Assembly: GCF_006345805.1 (NCBI RefSeq)
Contig: NC_043012.1
Span: 36,518,001-36,582,000, forward strand
Direction: 5' to 3'
Length of the DNA stretch: 64,000 nt
Source: Octopus sinensis
Taxonomy: Eukaryota
The position numbers and the translations under genes were made by a program. Positions 13,251 to 26,918 of this stretch are shown in pieces. The notes under the pieces were generated by a model that had not been told where the DNA came from, searched no databases, and saw nothing but the letters and a program-made list of their open reading frames with translations. The first letter of the stretch is position 1. Every line of letters starts with the position of its first letter.

Positions 13251-14457
13251 GAATAAAACCCAGAATATATAATTTATTTTTTATCTTATATTTGTTTTAG
13301 TCATTGGACAGTAGCCATGTTGAGGGCACTGACTCTCCAGTACTTTTAAGACCGATACTCATTCTATTGGTCTCTTTTGCCGAACCACCAAGTTACATAG
13401 ACATAAACAAACCAACACCGGTTGTCCAGCGGTGGTTATGGGACAAACACACACACACACATACACGGCAATCTTTGGGCATTTGTAGACATAACGTTTC
13501 AGGTAAAGAGGACAGGCTGAAAAAGAGAGTGGATGACGTCATCCACTCATACCGAAACATTGCTATATTTATATATATATATATATCGAGCCAGGTTCTG
13601 TATACAAAATTCACCTATAAGGCATTGGTCGACCTGAGACTATAGTAGAATACACTTGCCTAAAGTGCCACGCAGTGGGATTGAACTCAAGACTACGTGG
13701 TGAAAAGCGAGTTTCTTAACCCACAAAGCCACGCTTATGACTAAATGAATAAAGGTTATCAAGGTCAGAAGGACCAAAAAGGCTTTGGTTGGCCACGAAA
13801 ATTGTACGAGGGAATTTGAAGATTTATTTCTTGAGTAATGGGGAAATGTGACGTGGCAACAACCATTACTTTCTCGAGGTTGTTGACGAAATATATAAGG
13901 CGGCGGTAAACCCGAATGGGAATCAAGGGACGAGTCAAGCGGAAAAAAACTATGACGTGACTGCTTGCTCGACTTGTTAGATATAATAGTCAAACATTCC
14001 CGCCAATTGTCACACCTGAAGATAAGTACAGTTTCTCAACAAACAAAAGGACAGGTTGGTCATGGCCGGTAAGACTTGAGCAACGCCGATTGGAGACTAA
14101 ACAGGAACAACCTCAAGCCATTAGATGGGCAGCAATTGATTAGGTAGAAAGTGTGTGTGCCCACGGGTAATAAGGGCGGAGGTGTGGAATAGTTTGCCCT
14201 TCCAAACCTCCGCTGCAACGAGTCCACAAAACAACGGTTGACAGGAGATACGAACTCGCATTCAATACTCTGTGAGGCTCTCCACCTTATCGACCATGTC
14301 AATGTCACAACAACAATATAAAGACACCAGCTGTTTTATATATGTGTATATATATATATATAACATCCTTTTGATATATATGAGCTTATATATATAACAT
14401 CCTTTTGATATGTATATATATAGTTTTATATATATATACACACACATATAGTGAGCT

Positions 14458-14489
<32 letters not shown>

Positions 14490-14527
14490 GTGAGCTTACA
14501 TATATACATACATATATATAGTGACCT

Positions 14528-14560
<33 letters not shown>

Positions 14561-14699
14561 CATCGTTTTGACGTCCACTTCCTCATGCTTGCATGGGTCA
14601 GATATATAAAGTAATTATTCGTGCATTGACCCATGTACTTTAAACAATAATGACAAGATTTTACTGTATTCATAAGGTGTACGTTATTAGATGGGGGTC

Positions 14700-14907
14700 C
14701 GAGGTGGGGCTGAAAAGTTCCTGGCTTTAAGGGCATCACAAAAGGCGTGGTTGGAATTCCAACCTTCCGAGTTATTTTACAGGGCTTCGAAAATATGCCG
14801 AAAGTGTGTGAATCTGGGAGGAGAATATCTTGAAATAAAACCGTAATTAACTGATCCTCCTGTGTTTTCTTTTACCCAAAGCCAAGAACTTTTCAATACC
14901 CGCCTCG
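14700..14907. mobile_element. Mariner-type MITE; second copy in opposite orientation at ~40372-40570
   Basis: TIRs CGAGGTGGGGCTGAAAAGTTCCTGGCTTT / AAAGCCAAGAACTTTTCAATACCCGCCTCG; both copies share internal sequence. Confidence 0.7.
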
Positions 14908-16353
14908 TGTGTGATGGGGGAGATAGATAGATAGATAGATGTGTAGGAGAGAGTTTACAAACAAGAGGGAAAGTACTCAATACATAAAACAGAGTATAAA
15001 TATTGCAGTGCTGAGCAACAACACACAACAACAATGTGTATATAAATATAAGTATATTTGTGAATGTATATGTGTATATTGTAATATGTGTACGTGCATG
15101 TAAGCATATTATGTGTGTATATATATATATATAAAACCAGTACTTTCACAGGATTTTGCCATCCCTTAATGAGGTTTGTAACCTTTATATATATATATGT
15201 GTGTGTGTGTGTGTATTTCTTCCTGTATGTATGTACATATCTGTTTTCTGTATGTATGTGTATTTATATATATATCTATGTATATGTTACCTTCTTCGTG
15301 AGAAATAGTTTCTTCTGCCTTCTCTGGCCGTGGTGGTGTCTGTAAATAACAATAATAAATTCTGTGATCTTCCTGTCACATCTGTGAACTTGGAGATCCG
15401 CTTCCCTCCAGTTTCCAATATTTTTGCAACTTAGCAATATACAACAGAATCAGTTCTGTCCGTCTTACCACACATGTTGATGACATTCACAGACCTTTAC
15501 ACACCATCTCCACTATACACGCGTTATATATATATATACACATCATATCATATACACACAGAGTCACACCCTCCACCCAGAAACCTCTCACTTCCCATCT
15601 ACACGCTCTTCCTCTCTACCTCCCACCACCTCTTTATATCTACAGAACCAGACTTACACCCTCCTTTCTTTCAATCTATATATCTAATTATCGTTTCATT
15701 TCTCTCTGACTATCACTCTCTCCCTCCCTCCGTCTCTCTCTTTCTCTCTATCATATTCCTCCCCTTCTTTACATCTCGTTTTCTTAACGTTTCAAACTCT
15801 CGTCCAAGCGAGATTAATGATTCTCCCCCCCCCCCCCAAACACACCCGGTTTTTTCTTGTTGTTTGTTTAAAAGACACAAAACATGTCTTTGTGTCTTCC
15901 TTGTGTCTTCGTCGGAGTCGATTTCAGTCGATTCTTTTTACATCTAGGTTTTACATTACGATCGATACCTCTATCTATCAATCTGGGTTTTGTAGATTTT
16001 TTTACATCAAGTTTTACTTACGATCGATCCCTCTATATAGATATTTGCAATTGGTAATCGAATTTATTGACTCATTTCGTAAATAAATTTAACAATAATA
16101 ATAACGCATGACCCTGATTTTAAACGTTCTCGATTTGCACGGTTCATTGTTGGATCAGTTGTGTAAAACGAGGGACAAGTCAACGCCCACATCGTCTTCG
16201 TCATTTTACATCCACTCTCTAGGCTCACATAAACCGTCTAAGCCATCGTGGGAGTGCAAGTTACTTCATATTTGCAACCACTCACTTTATAGATTAGTCG
16301 AAGGACACCATTTTGCCCACAGGTTTAATTTTTCGCATGGTTTCTACAGGTAG

Positions 16354-16709
16354 CTGCCCTTCCTGATACCAATCGCTTTACAGAATGGAGTGGGTACATT
16401 TTTATCGTAGCACCAGCACAAGAGAGGTTTCAAATTCGAAGCAAGACACAGCAAATGGATCCTCTTTAGTCTATACTATTCACAGATAGATTCTCCTTCA
16501 CCAGCCCCTGGCATTATGGACAGATGTAAATCTGCCCTTCCTGATACCAATCGCTTTACAGAATGGAGTGGGTACATTTTTATCGTAGCACCAGCACAAG
16601 AGAGGTTTCAAATCCGAAGCAAGACACAGCAAATGGATCCTCTGTAGTCTACACTATTCACAGATAGATTCTCCTTCACCAGCCCCTGGCATTATGGACA
16701 GATGTAAAT
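16354..16709. repeat. Direct tandem duplication, 2 x 178 bp
   Basis: 16354-16531 and 16532-16709 differ at about three positions. Confidence 0.92.
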
Positions 16710-19700
16710 ATATATTATATATCTATCAACATATATATAATGACGATGATCCAGTCCATATTGTACACTTGTTGGCATTTGGAAGGGCATCCAACTGTAA
16801 AAGCCATGCCAAAAACTGGCCACACCTGTGCTGATGCCATGTAAGAAGCACTCAGTCCACTTTGCAAGGGGATTGGTGTTAGGAGGGGCATCCAGCCATG
16901 AAAACTGCCAAAACAGACACAGAAGTATGATGCAGGCTTCTACTTGGCCAGCTTCTGTCAAACCGTCCAACCCATGCCAGCATGGAAAGTGGACGTTAAA
17001 CAATGATGATGAAGACATTTGCAACCATGTGACTTTGGGTTCAGTCCCACAGTAGAGCACATTTGGCATGAGTCTATGCTATAGCCTTGGGTCAACCAAT
17101 ACCTTGATTGCGATTTTGTTTGAAGGAAACTCTCTGAAATCTTTTCATAGCCATTATTTCAATGTCCACTGAAGACTCGACTTTGCCTTTCATCCTTTTG
17201 GGGGTCAATGAAATGAGTACCAGTTAAGTACTGGGATTAATGTAATTGACTCCCTTCCCCAAAAATTTTAGGCCTTGTACAGAAAGGATTATTTTAACAT
17301 CCACTTTTCTATGCTTGCATGGGTCAGAAGGAATTGGTTGAGGTGGATCTTTCTATGGCCAGATCCTCTTCCTAACACAAACTCTCACATCATCATCATC
17401 TTTTAATATCCATCTTCCATGCTAGCATGTGTTGTTTGGTTTGATAGGATCCAACAGGTCTGATGCAGGGCCATCTTAACAGCCTTACAGGGTATTAAAG
17501 GGCAAATCAGTGCACTGGGCTCATGAGTATTTATTTCTTGACATTAATCCACAGCAGACATAATTTAAAATGTGCCCCAGACCTGTGGGGCCCTGAGCAA
17601 CGGCCCAGTGTGACCCATACCTGAAAACAGCACTGGCCTGAGGACTAGATCATATTTCAGTGTCTGCTTTGGTTTGGTTCCTATTGCTTGATGCCCTCCT
17701 TTTTAACACTAACCACTTTACAATGTGTACTGGGTGCTCTTCTTCATGGCAACTGCACTAACAAGGTCACTGAGCAGCTTGCATGGCTGAGATCTCGTTC
17801 AACTTAGTTTGTCTCCAATAGACAAAGATGGCTTTATGCTAAGAGGTGTGGTGCTAAATTTATGAAAAACCAAGCCAGAACAGGTTTCTTGCTATAAAGG
17901 AGCCCCCATGGTAACTCACAGAGAAGAGAGAATAAGATAGGGCTGGAAACAGATAAATAGTGGTGATGAAGATTCAGAATAGACTCTCAAGGTCCAAGGA
18001 GAAGATGAATAGAGGTGAGTAAATATTAGGTTAAAAACCTTTGGATAGAAACAGTTTTAACCTCGTATTTATTTACACAGTATTATTTATAGCTTTATCT
18101 GCTTTGAGATTCACCATTCCTAAAAAGAATTATTTCCTATTATCAATATTTCTAAATTTTCATAACATCAACAATAACCTTTCAATATCTGGCAGAAGCC
18201 ACTCACCTTTACCTTTCCTTCATCACAAATACTTCTTAGTTGGGAGAGCTTTTTCTTTCCTTTCCATCTCATCTTCCTCTTTTATTTATTTATTTATTTA
18301 TTTTCCCTGTTTTGCAAATTACATGGCAACCTCACTAGTGTTGGTGCCAAGGAAAAGGCATCCAGCTGTAGAAACCATGCCTAAGATGATGTTGGAGTTC
18401 AACACAACCTTACAGCTTACTGGTCTCCTGTTACAACTGTCCTACCCATGCCAGCGTGGAAAGCGGATGTTAAACAATCATGATGAATGATAATAATACA
18501 TGTGTGTGTGTGTGTGTGCATGTATAAAATTTCATGATGATCGTATACACAAACTACACTGCCATAACTAAATACTCCACTTGTCAAAAGAACGTGTTAT
18601 GGAACTTGAGTTGATGTCTACCATAGATAAATAAATAAATACAAACTGCTACTGCAAAAGCAATAGTCTGACAAACAAAGACTTTTGGCGGTAAAAAATG
18701 AAAATATGGTCATTATTTAGCAGAATTTGACTCAGACTTAAATCGTTCCCGCCTGATGAATGTGAAATTATTGTTTTCACACAAAACATTGAGTCATAGC
18801 AACCAGCTGTTAGTATAATTGTCATTAAACTAGATTCTACACCGTCATTATATTCATATATGAGGGATTTTTGTTTGTTGACAAAGAACCAGGACCAATC
18901 ATACACACACGCAAACATACAGACATACACACACACACACACACACGCACAAACACACACACACATACATACATATATATATATATGTAGACATATCATC
19001 ATCATCATCATCATCATCTTCATTGTTTTAACATCCACTTATGTGTGCTTGGACAGAGTTTGTTGAAACAGATTTTCTACAGCTGGATGCCCTTCTATTC
19101 ATCAACCCTCACCTGTTTCCAAGTCAGGTAATATTCCCCCTTCGCAAGACATGTTTTTCACAGAAGACTGGCAATGAAAGACATTGCTTCTATGTTGGTG
19201 AGGCTCATTTACAACCATCACATGGGTACAACACAAACACATACATAAAATATATATATATAATATATATATAGGCGAAGGAGTGGCTGTGTAGTAAGAA
19301 GCTTGCTTCCCAATCACATGGTTCTGGGTTCAGTCCTACTGTGTGGCACCTTGGACAAGCTTCGGGCCGACCAAAGCCTTGTGAGTGGATTTGGTAAATA
19401 GAAACTGAAAGAAGCCTGTTGTATATGTATATATATATATGTATGTGTGTGTCTGTGTTTGTCCCCTCACTATCACTTGACAGCCGATGTTGGTGTGTTT
19501 ATATCCCCATAACTTAGCAGTTCAGCAACAAAGACTGGTGGAATAAGTACTAGGCTAACAATGAATTAGTCCTAGGGTTGATTTGTTTGACTAAAAGGTG
19601 GTGCTCCAGCATGGCCACAGTTAAATGACTGAAACAAGTAAAAGAATAAAAAAATAAAAGTATATATATATATATATATCTTTGCAGCTCCTACTGGTTA

Positions 19701-21267
19701 TGTTTCTTTTCCCTTACTGCCCTTCCCCTACTAAATACAAGTAGCCATGCAGATCTCCAATAGGACAGACTCAGACCCCCCACCTGCATTAGGAAGGGCA
19801 TCCAGCTGTAGAAATCCTGCCGAACCAGACACTGGAGTGCAATGTAGTCCTTGGACTCTTCCATCCTGTCAGACTGTCCAACTCATGTCAGCAAGGAACA
19901 GGGACATTAAACGATGATGTATATGTATATCTATCTATATTATAATGGAGAAAGTTCCTTATTAATTAGGTATGTAACAGTTATTAAAAGAAAGCAATTA
20001 TCAAAAGCTTGACCGTCTGGAAATTTTTTATAAATTCATGTTTCCTGTAATTTTGATTTTTGAAGTTTATTGAATATTTAGCCATGTGTGTGTGTGTGTC
20101 TGTATGTACATTTATGTGTATGTTGAATGTATGTGGTTGAGGGTGGCTATGAATGCAATACAAGAGAAATGAGAAGGGATCAAGGCTTTTGGATTTCTGT
20201 TAGGCAAATGAGTTAAATATTTGCATTGGTAACTGAAGAAGACCAACCGACCACTTTATCTCCTACCAATAAAACAAACCTACAATCCAAATAGACTTTA
20301 TACTCACCAGGAAGCAGTATGAACAGATGGTTGTGACTACTAAGTGTTTTGCCAGATAAGAATGCTCTACTCAACATAGACAAGTGGTTAGAGATGTCAG
20401 AGGGAAAGAAGTGGATTGGAACTGAAAGGACAGCTTGATAAACACCGGATGAGAGAGAGCTTCTTGGAAACAAAGAAGAGGAAGAAATAGAGACTTGTAG
20501 CACAGAAGACAACTGGGAGGTTTTGTAGGCCACAGATGACAAGATCTGCTGTTGAGACAAGGTACAAGGCAGATGATAAACATGGAAGGGAAAAATACTG
20601 TAGACAGAGACATAAAAGATAAAAAAACAAAAAAGACCGCCATAGACCGAAAAAGAGGAGAGCAAAGACCCAATATTAAGTAACTAGAACGGAAGGTAGA
20701 TGTTAGTTTTGATTAGTGCAGAAAGAAGCAGAAAACAAGAGGTTTATTGATGTTCTGTGATGAAAGGAGTAGAGATAAGAAGGGGTTCCGGATTGCAAAA
20801 CATTAATATTGGGGCGCTTCAGACATACCTGGGGTAAAAGTGTGTTTGGAATGACAGTGGCACACTTACTTTCAGGGAGGATGAACAGAAAGAGGTTTGG
20901 AAATGTTATTGAGAGAAGTTATAATAAAAAGAAATAGAACGAGGGACATAGCTTATGGATTATTAGTGTATTTCGTTTTATCCATGACGGTTTTTTTATA
21001 GATTACATCTTCTAATTCTATTTCGGGATTAATCGTTCTCTGAAATAGAAAATGGTTGGAATCTTATCCAGTGCAGTCACACTATATATTCAAAGATAAA
21101 TGAGTGAGATCTAGTAGATATTTTTAGTAGGTCGAGGGACCCTGCTGAAGATATTACACTGGCAGTAAATGCATTTGTGTATTGTACAGCTATAAAGTTG
21201 ATTCCGAATCATTTTAATAGTAAACAATTTGAATAAAATTAGGTAGTTAGTAAATTATATATCTTAC

Positions 21268-21438
21268 TTTCTCGTTAATCGTTGCTGAAAATTATTATTA
21301 TTGTTATTGATATTGATATTTATTGTTTACAACAAAAGCAATGCAATTTCAACGAAGGTTAAAAATAAAATTTCGTTTCGTCAAGTCAGTGTTTATTTTT
21401 ATGTCTAACCGGAAGTTGCATGTTGCCGGTATTTCAAC
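21268..21438. promoter_or_regulatory. Putative METTL1 promoter, possibly bidirectional with MFSD5; ETS/GABP-type motif ACCGGAAGT at 21408-21416
   Basis: Motif lies ~25 nt upstream of the METTL1 ATG in a locally CpG-retaining, repeat-free stretch; minus-strand GTAAG donor at 21267-21263. Confidence 0.5.
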
Positions 21439-21542
21439 ATGGCAGTGTTAGAGAAAAGTCCACAAGAATGTCGATTGCCACAGAAGAAATATTTCCGACA
21501 GCGGGCTCATTCCAACCCAATCGCTGACCATACGTTTGACTA
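21439..21542 (+). CDS. METTL1: tRNA (guanine-N7)-methyltransferase, coding exon 1 ([35 protein letters not shown])
   Basis: ATG at 21439 in caacATGG context; conserved [18 protein letters not shown] motif; GTGAGT donor at 21543, phase 2. Not in the ORF track. Confidence 0.95.
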
Positions 21543-21719
21543 GTGAGTCTTGACCATTTTCACTTTGTCTCAACTTGTATTTGTGTTTATGTGTCTGTAT
21601 GCAATATACATGTGTTTATTTTTTTATGAAAATAAATTCTGTTTGTTACTATTTGCAATAATTCAGTGAAAAAGGAATATATTTTACGAAAGAAATAAGA
21701 AAGAAAAATATGAGTGCAA

Positions 21720-22385
21720 CACCAAGTGCGTCAGTTGGTCGTACACCGCAAGGTTCAACGCAACCTACTGAAGCAAGCCAACACACTGGCAAGCATTACC
21801 ACAGACGATGGCGAGGCTGAGGCGTTGGAACAGCCAAGCACCCTCACGGGCATCACTTGATAACTGGTTAAGGCGAGCCGCCAACGATGACAAGAACTTC
21901 GCCGTTAGTGGCCCAGGCCTTTTCAAACGTCCCAAACGCCACGGCCTGGAGGAGATGGTTCACTGACAAGTCCCGATACTTAAGGATTTTATTCTGTTCG
22001 GCTATGGAAGCAGTGACCCTTCCATTTACTGCAGCGTCCAGGATGTGGGAGGGAGCAAAGGAATCACAGACTGACATCCCAGATGTGGCACCTACCTCTT
22101 ACTCAGTCACAAACGGTAGGACCATCTGGTCTCTTCCCATCATTTCTGGATAATCCCGTCGGCTCCAGAACTGAGGGGATATTAACCCGAGCCAGGTCCC
22201 GCTTAATGATAAGTTTAGCTCATTGTGACGAGTGAAACGCCCAGCATTTAGTTGGCAAGACAGACCATGGAGACCTGTGGAGTCAACATCTCAGACCCCT
22301 ACATATGTCGACTCCTACTCTGAGTGCAATGGAGATGTGGAGCTCAACTTGACTGAGTAGGCCACAAGGAGGACATCAATCCAGT
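21720..22385 (-). mobile_element. 3' fragment of a CRE-clade-like non-LTR retrotransposon (zinc knuckle plus restriction-like endonuclease)
   Basis: Minus-strand reading: DVDSTGLHGLSCQLNAGRFTRHNELN ... RPDG ... WDVSVCDSFAPSH ... AEQNKILKY ... RLSLAIVCGNA, with frameshifts. Confidence 0.75.
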
Positions 22386-23519
22386 CATACAAGAATTTTG
22401 CACTTGCACATAAATATGTATGTGTATATATGTGCATGTATATGTAAATGTATATATATATATATATATATGTGTGTATAATTATGTATGTATATAGATA
22501 TGAGTGTATATATATATATATGCAGTATGTATGTATACATATATACATTCAAGGGCATATCAGACATATACATATAATGAATGTGTCTGATATGACCTTG
22601 AATTGCAGCTGATTTGGGAGTTCCAGGGTTTTGAAGAGTGTGAGGCCTGTAGCTAGTATTGTTCCCAGTTCTGCTCTGACTTGTAGCAGTTGTCAGTATC
22701 CCAGCTATGGGCTAATTTGCATGTTACAGTAGGAACTCCAAGCACAAACCTGCACAGCTTTGTGAATGTCTTATAAAAGGAAGAGACTAGGGGAGTCAAT
22801 CTTGACAGGAAATCAAGGAGTGGAGTCTATCAGGTGTCCAGTGTATTCTTTGACACCCTTCCAGCAACTACAAGTGAGGGGAAGGCCACTGAGCCGCTGT
22901 GGTCAGACTTCCATTTCTAAAGAGTGAGATTGGATTGCATGAACTAATTCTTTCTTTAAAACTACTAAATTCACAAACAGGAAGAGAAGCCCAGCAGTGA
23001 TGGAAGAGAGATGAGAATGACAAGGATTAATGTCGGAGACTGTTGTTCAAGGGTTGGTTTATATTAAGTTGAAAGTATGTCACTCTTCCTCATCTTCTTC
23101 AGACATGAAAAACTGTTATCATATCAGGTGTGTGTGTATGTATATATATATACACATACACACACATCCGGTACCATTGTCTGTCCTGGCATGGTTTCTA
23201 TGGCCGAATGCCCTTCCTAATATCAACCACTCCAAGATTGAAATGTAGCACCAGTATCTACTCTGCTGTGGTGAATGGGTTTCTTTTGTACAGCAAGGTG
23301 CCAGATATCTCAGTGCTTTGTTCCTTCCTGGGTCTCCTTCTTCCATGAGTTCCATCTATTTTAAGTGTTTGGCACTTCTGTATGTAGCTGTCTATATCCA
23401 CACGTATCACATAACCAAACCAGTCCTTTCTCTTGCACATTGCATCTAAATCCTCTCCTGCCCAACGCTTCTCTTAATACACTAGTACTTCAAAGGAAGG
23501 TGTGTAGTGTGTGATCGTC

Positions 23520-24000
23520 GCAATGATTATGACAGAGAAAGTTGAGCTGAGAATCTGCATCCAATTTTGTCAAAAGCTTGGCATTACCTGCTCAAAGGCC
23601 TACGCAAAGTTTCCATCGTTCTCAACACAATCAAGGAAATCTTGTGCAACTGAAACAGAAATGTCCTTTTGGTCAGCTCAAAGCAGTTTTGGCACAAACT
23701 TGGCAGACATGTGTCTCATACTCAGATCTTCAGTGATAATGGACTGAACTGAACCATAACTAATCTGCACATCCTCTCATAACTCACGGATGGTGATTCA
23801 AAGATTTCTCCTCGCAGCTGCTTGCACATCAGCAATGTTTTTCTCAGCTGTTGCAGGTCTCCCAGAACATTTCTCAATATCAACATATTTTCGGCTATTT
23901 TGGAAACGTCTGAACCACTCGCGCACTAGTGTGGGTCTCATACATTCCTCTCCATACACTTTCTGCAAGTTTGTATAGGTCTCTGTCATGGTCAATGCAC
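23520..24000. mobile_element. Rearranged mariner transposase 5' fragment
   Basis: Minus strand: LQKVYGEECM..VREWFRRFQ..SGRP..ITIREL..SAKFVPKLL. Plus strand at 23528: MTEKVELRICIQFCQKLG, a mariner N-terminus in the opposite orientation. Confidence 0.75.
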
Positions 24001-24109
24001 AGCAAAGTTGATGGTCAGTCTGTGCCGAGCGGCTTTACTCTGCATGCTTTAGCTTCGTTACTATGGCAACAGTCTGGATACTTATTGATCTGATCATGTA
24101 TATATGCTT

Positions 24110-26280
24110 CCCATTTACTCTGCCCTCAATTCCTAGTGGGGTCATGTGGGATAGAGTCCTGAGGCACCTCCTTCATAGGATCCTGTCAGAAGCAACTATC
24201 ATTACCTTTTTGTGTTGGATTCCCAAGTGTGGCCAACTGAGATTATGGATATTATACAACCCTCTTGTCCTTGGTCTACTCCTAGGTCTCTTGTTGGCTC
24301 AGCTTGAAGAATTCATCTTGCAATTCTTTCCTGATGTGGTGTAAGTAACTTCTTAATGCAGAGAGTTAGTAGCTTGACCTGGGAGACCACCTTGTCTGTA
24401 AGCTATGCACCCTGTCAAGTAATGTTACACCAGATATCCTTCAGAAGAATCCCATTTCAGCTGCTTTTGTTCGTGCTTGTGTTCTTCCCAACATTCATGA
24501 CCCTTGAAGAGGATCAGCATGGAGACCAAATTGAAGATGGCAAGTGTGGCCCTTTTGGCTAATTTCTCTTCTGAGGATTGAATGCTGGAGCATTTGTGTT
24601 GGTGCCAGCAATTCTAGCATCCAATTCAGCTTCCTGCTACCCATCACTCAAGAATGTGGCCCCAAGATGCTTAAACGTCTCCACTTGTCTCGCTGATGTT
24701 TCACTACCATGTACAGGGGTTTGACAAAATATTAGAAACATTTAAATTTCAAACAAATTTATTTTAATATGAGGTAGGACTTCCTTTGGCAGTAATTACA
24801 GCTTGAATTCTACAAGGTATGGACTCGTACAAAGTTTGAATTGTTTCCAAACAAATTTTTGTCTAGTCTCCAGTTCATGTAGTGATGATGGTGGAGGATA
24901 TTGACTCCTTACTTCTTTTTCTAAAATGCACCATAAATGTTCCATAATATTGAGATCTGGGGACTGTGGTGGCCAGATAAGGTGTTCAACTTTGCTAGAA
25001 TGTTCTTCATGCCATTCAGTAACAACTTTAGCTATGTGAATTGGTGCAGTATCATCCTGAAAGATTGTGTTTCCCTCCAGAAACAGTTCCACAACCATAG
25101 GATGAATTTGATCGGATAAAATGCTTAAACAGTCCTGACTATTAATACTGCCATGAAGGGAAACCATTGGGCTGGCGAATTTCCAAGATATCGCCCCCTC
25201 CAGATCATCACAGATGCTCCTCCATGTTTAACAGTTGGAAGAAGGCAGTCTGGGTCAAATGCTTCTTTTGGCTGTCTCCACATGTATACTCGGCCTGGTC
25301 AGAAATAAGGTAAAGGATGACTCGTCTGAGAAAATAACATTCTTCCACTGCTCTAGGGACCAATTCTGTAGGTTTTTATTCCACTCTAAATACTTTGCAA
25401 CGTTTGTTTTTGAAAGTAGTGGTTTTCTGATTGAAGCCCTCCTTTGAAATCCAGCTTTGTGCAGCTCCCGGCAAACAGTTTTTGTGGAAACTTGGCTCCT
25501 GAGGTGGTCATTAAGCTCTGCAGTAATTTTGGGAGCTATACTTTTGTGATCCTTTCTAACAATTTGCATAAGAGTCTGATGGTCCTTTTCTGAAAGTTTT
25601 GGTTTTCTTCCAGAGTTCTGTTTCAACGAGGAGGTGTTTCCCTCTTTCTCAAAGGCTGTCATTACTTTCAAGACAGTGCTTCTTGATACACCAAATATTT
25701 TGGCTGTTTTCAATATGTTAGCACCTGCCATACAAGCACCAGCAATTTGTCCTCTTCGAAAGTCCGTTAGATCTGTCATTTTAATGAATTTCAATTACCT
25801 TTTTCTGATGGTATCTGAAAAGAAGCAACAATTTTAGCAAAAAATATTAAGCAACACTAATAATAAATCAAAAAACAAAAATAAACAAGCTTTTGGCTGT
25901 TTTGTAGATATTTCAAAATTATGATTCTATGATTCTGGGTGTTTGCATTATTTTGTCCAACCTCTGTACTGTTATAGTAGGAAGACTTTCTTGAGAGGAT
26001 ACATGTCTGAGTCTTTGCTGCACTAATTCTCATCCCTGCCTCACAGCATTTGGCTATGAATTATTTCAGTGCATACTGCAGATCACCAGCTGATGAAGCA
26101 ATTAGCACCATGTTGCTGCCAATATCACCTGGCTGATCCTTACAATCACTTCAACAACAGGTGTGCATATCAAACCAATTCACAAAAATCAGGAAAAGGA
26201 GGGGTGCCAATACAAACCCCTGCCGAAGTCTAGTACCCACAATGAAAGGTTCCAACCTTGCACCGTTTACCTGAATACAA
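24110..26280 (-). mobile_element. Decayed RTE-like LINE fragment interrupted by the Tc1 element
   Basis: Minus-strand translation gives RT/thumb-like text on both sides of the Tc1 (..QVETFKHLG..EAELDARIA..; RPRSRPRTR). Confidence 0.6.
24714..25966 (-). mobile_element. Full-length Tc1-like DNA transposon (~1.25 kb) with frameshifted transposase
   Basis: TIRs CAGGGGTTTGACAAAATATTAGAAACA / rc CAGAGGTTGGACAAAATAATGCAAACA flanked by TA. ORFs 25255-25794 (HTH, SGRKPKLS, VIFSDES) and 24796-25167 (FQDDTAPIH, WPPQSPDLNIMEHLW). Confidence 0.92.
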
Positions 26281-26881
26281 GCGTTTGGGCACGCGTGTGT
26301 GTGTGTGTCTCTCTCTCTCAGAGCACTAAGCCTTTAGGAGATGACAAAGGATCAATATAACTAGTACCTTGCTGTACTCAAGAGAACCTGGTACCACATA
26401 AGAAGTACCCCATGCTGGTGCCACGTGATAAGTGCCCAGCACACTCTGTAGAGTGGTTGGCATTAGGAAGCGCATGTAGCTGTAGAAACCAAGCTCTGGT
26501 CAAACCATTTAACCCAGGACTGCATAGAAAATGGACATTAAATAATGATGATTGTGTGTATATATACTTAAATATTTATATCCGTGTATATGTATGTATA
26601 TATATATGATATTCATGTATATGTGTACACACACACACACACTTGTATATATATATAATTGAAATTTACAGAAAAACAAATGAAGACAGGTGTATAAACA
26701 ACAAGCAGGTGTATTAGTTTGATGCTCAGGAAGGTGAGAAAGTCTTTTATGTTTCGAGCCTATGCTCTTCAACAGAAAGGAACATGAAGAAATAAACAGA
26801 AAGAGAATTAAAAAAGAAAAAGTATATGTATGTGTGTGTGTAGATATATAGAAAGTCAAATGAATCAACCCTGGTACATTT

Positions 26882-26918
<37 letters not shown>

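Noticed and set aside
15780-16300. Possible Penelope RT remnant (also ~14050-14320 and ~19950-21000)
   Set aside because: Only vague motif resemblance; too degenerate to call without a profile search.
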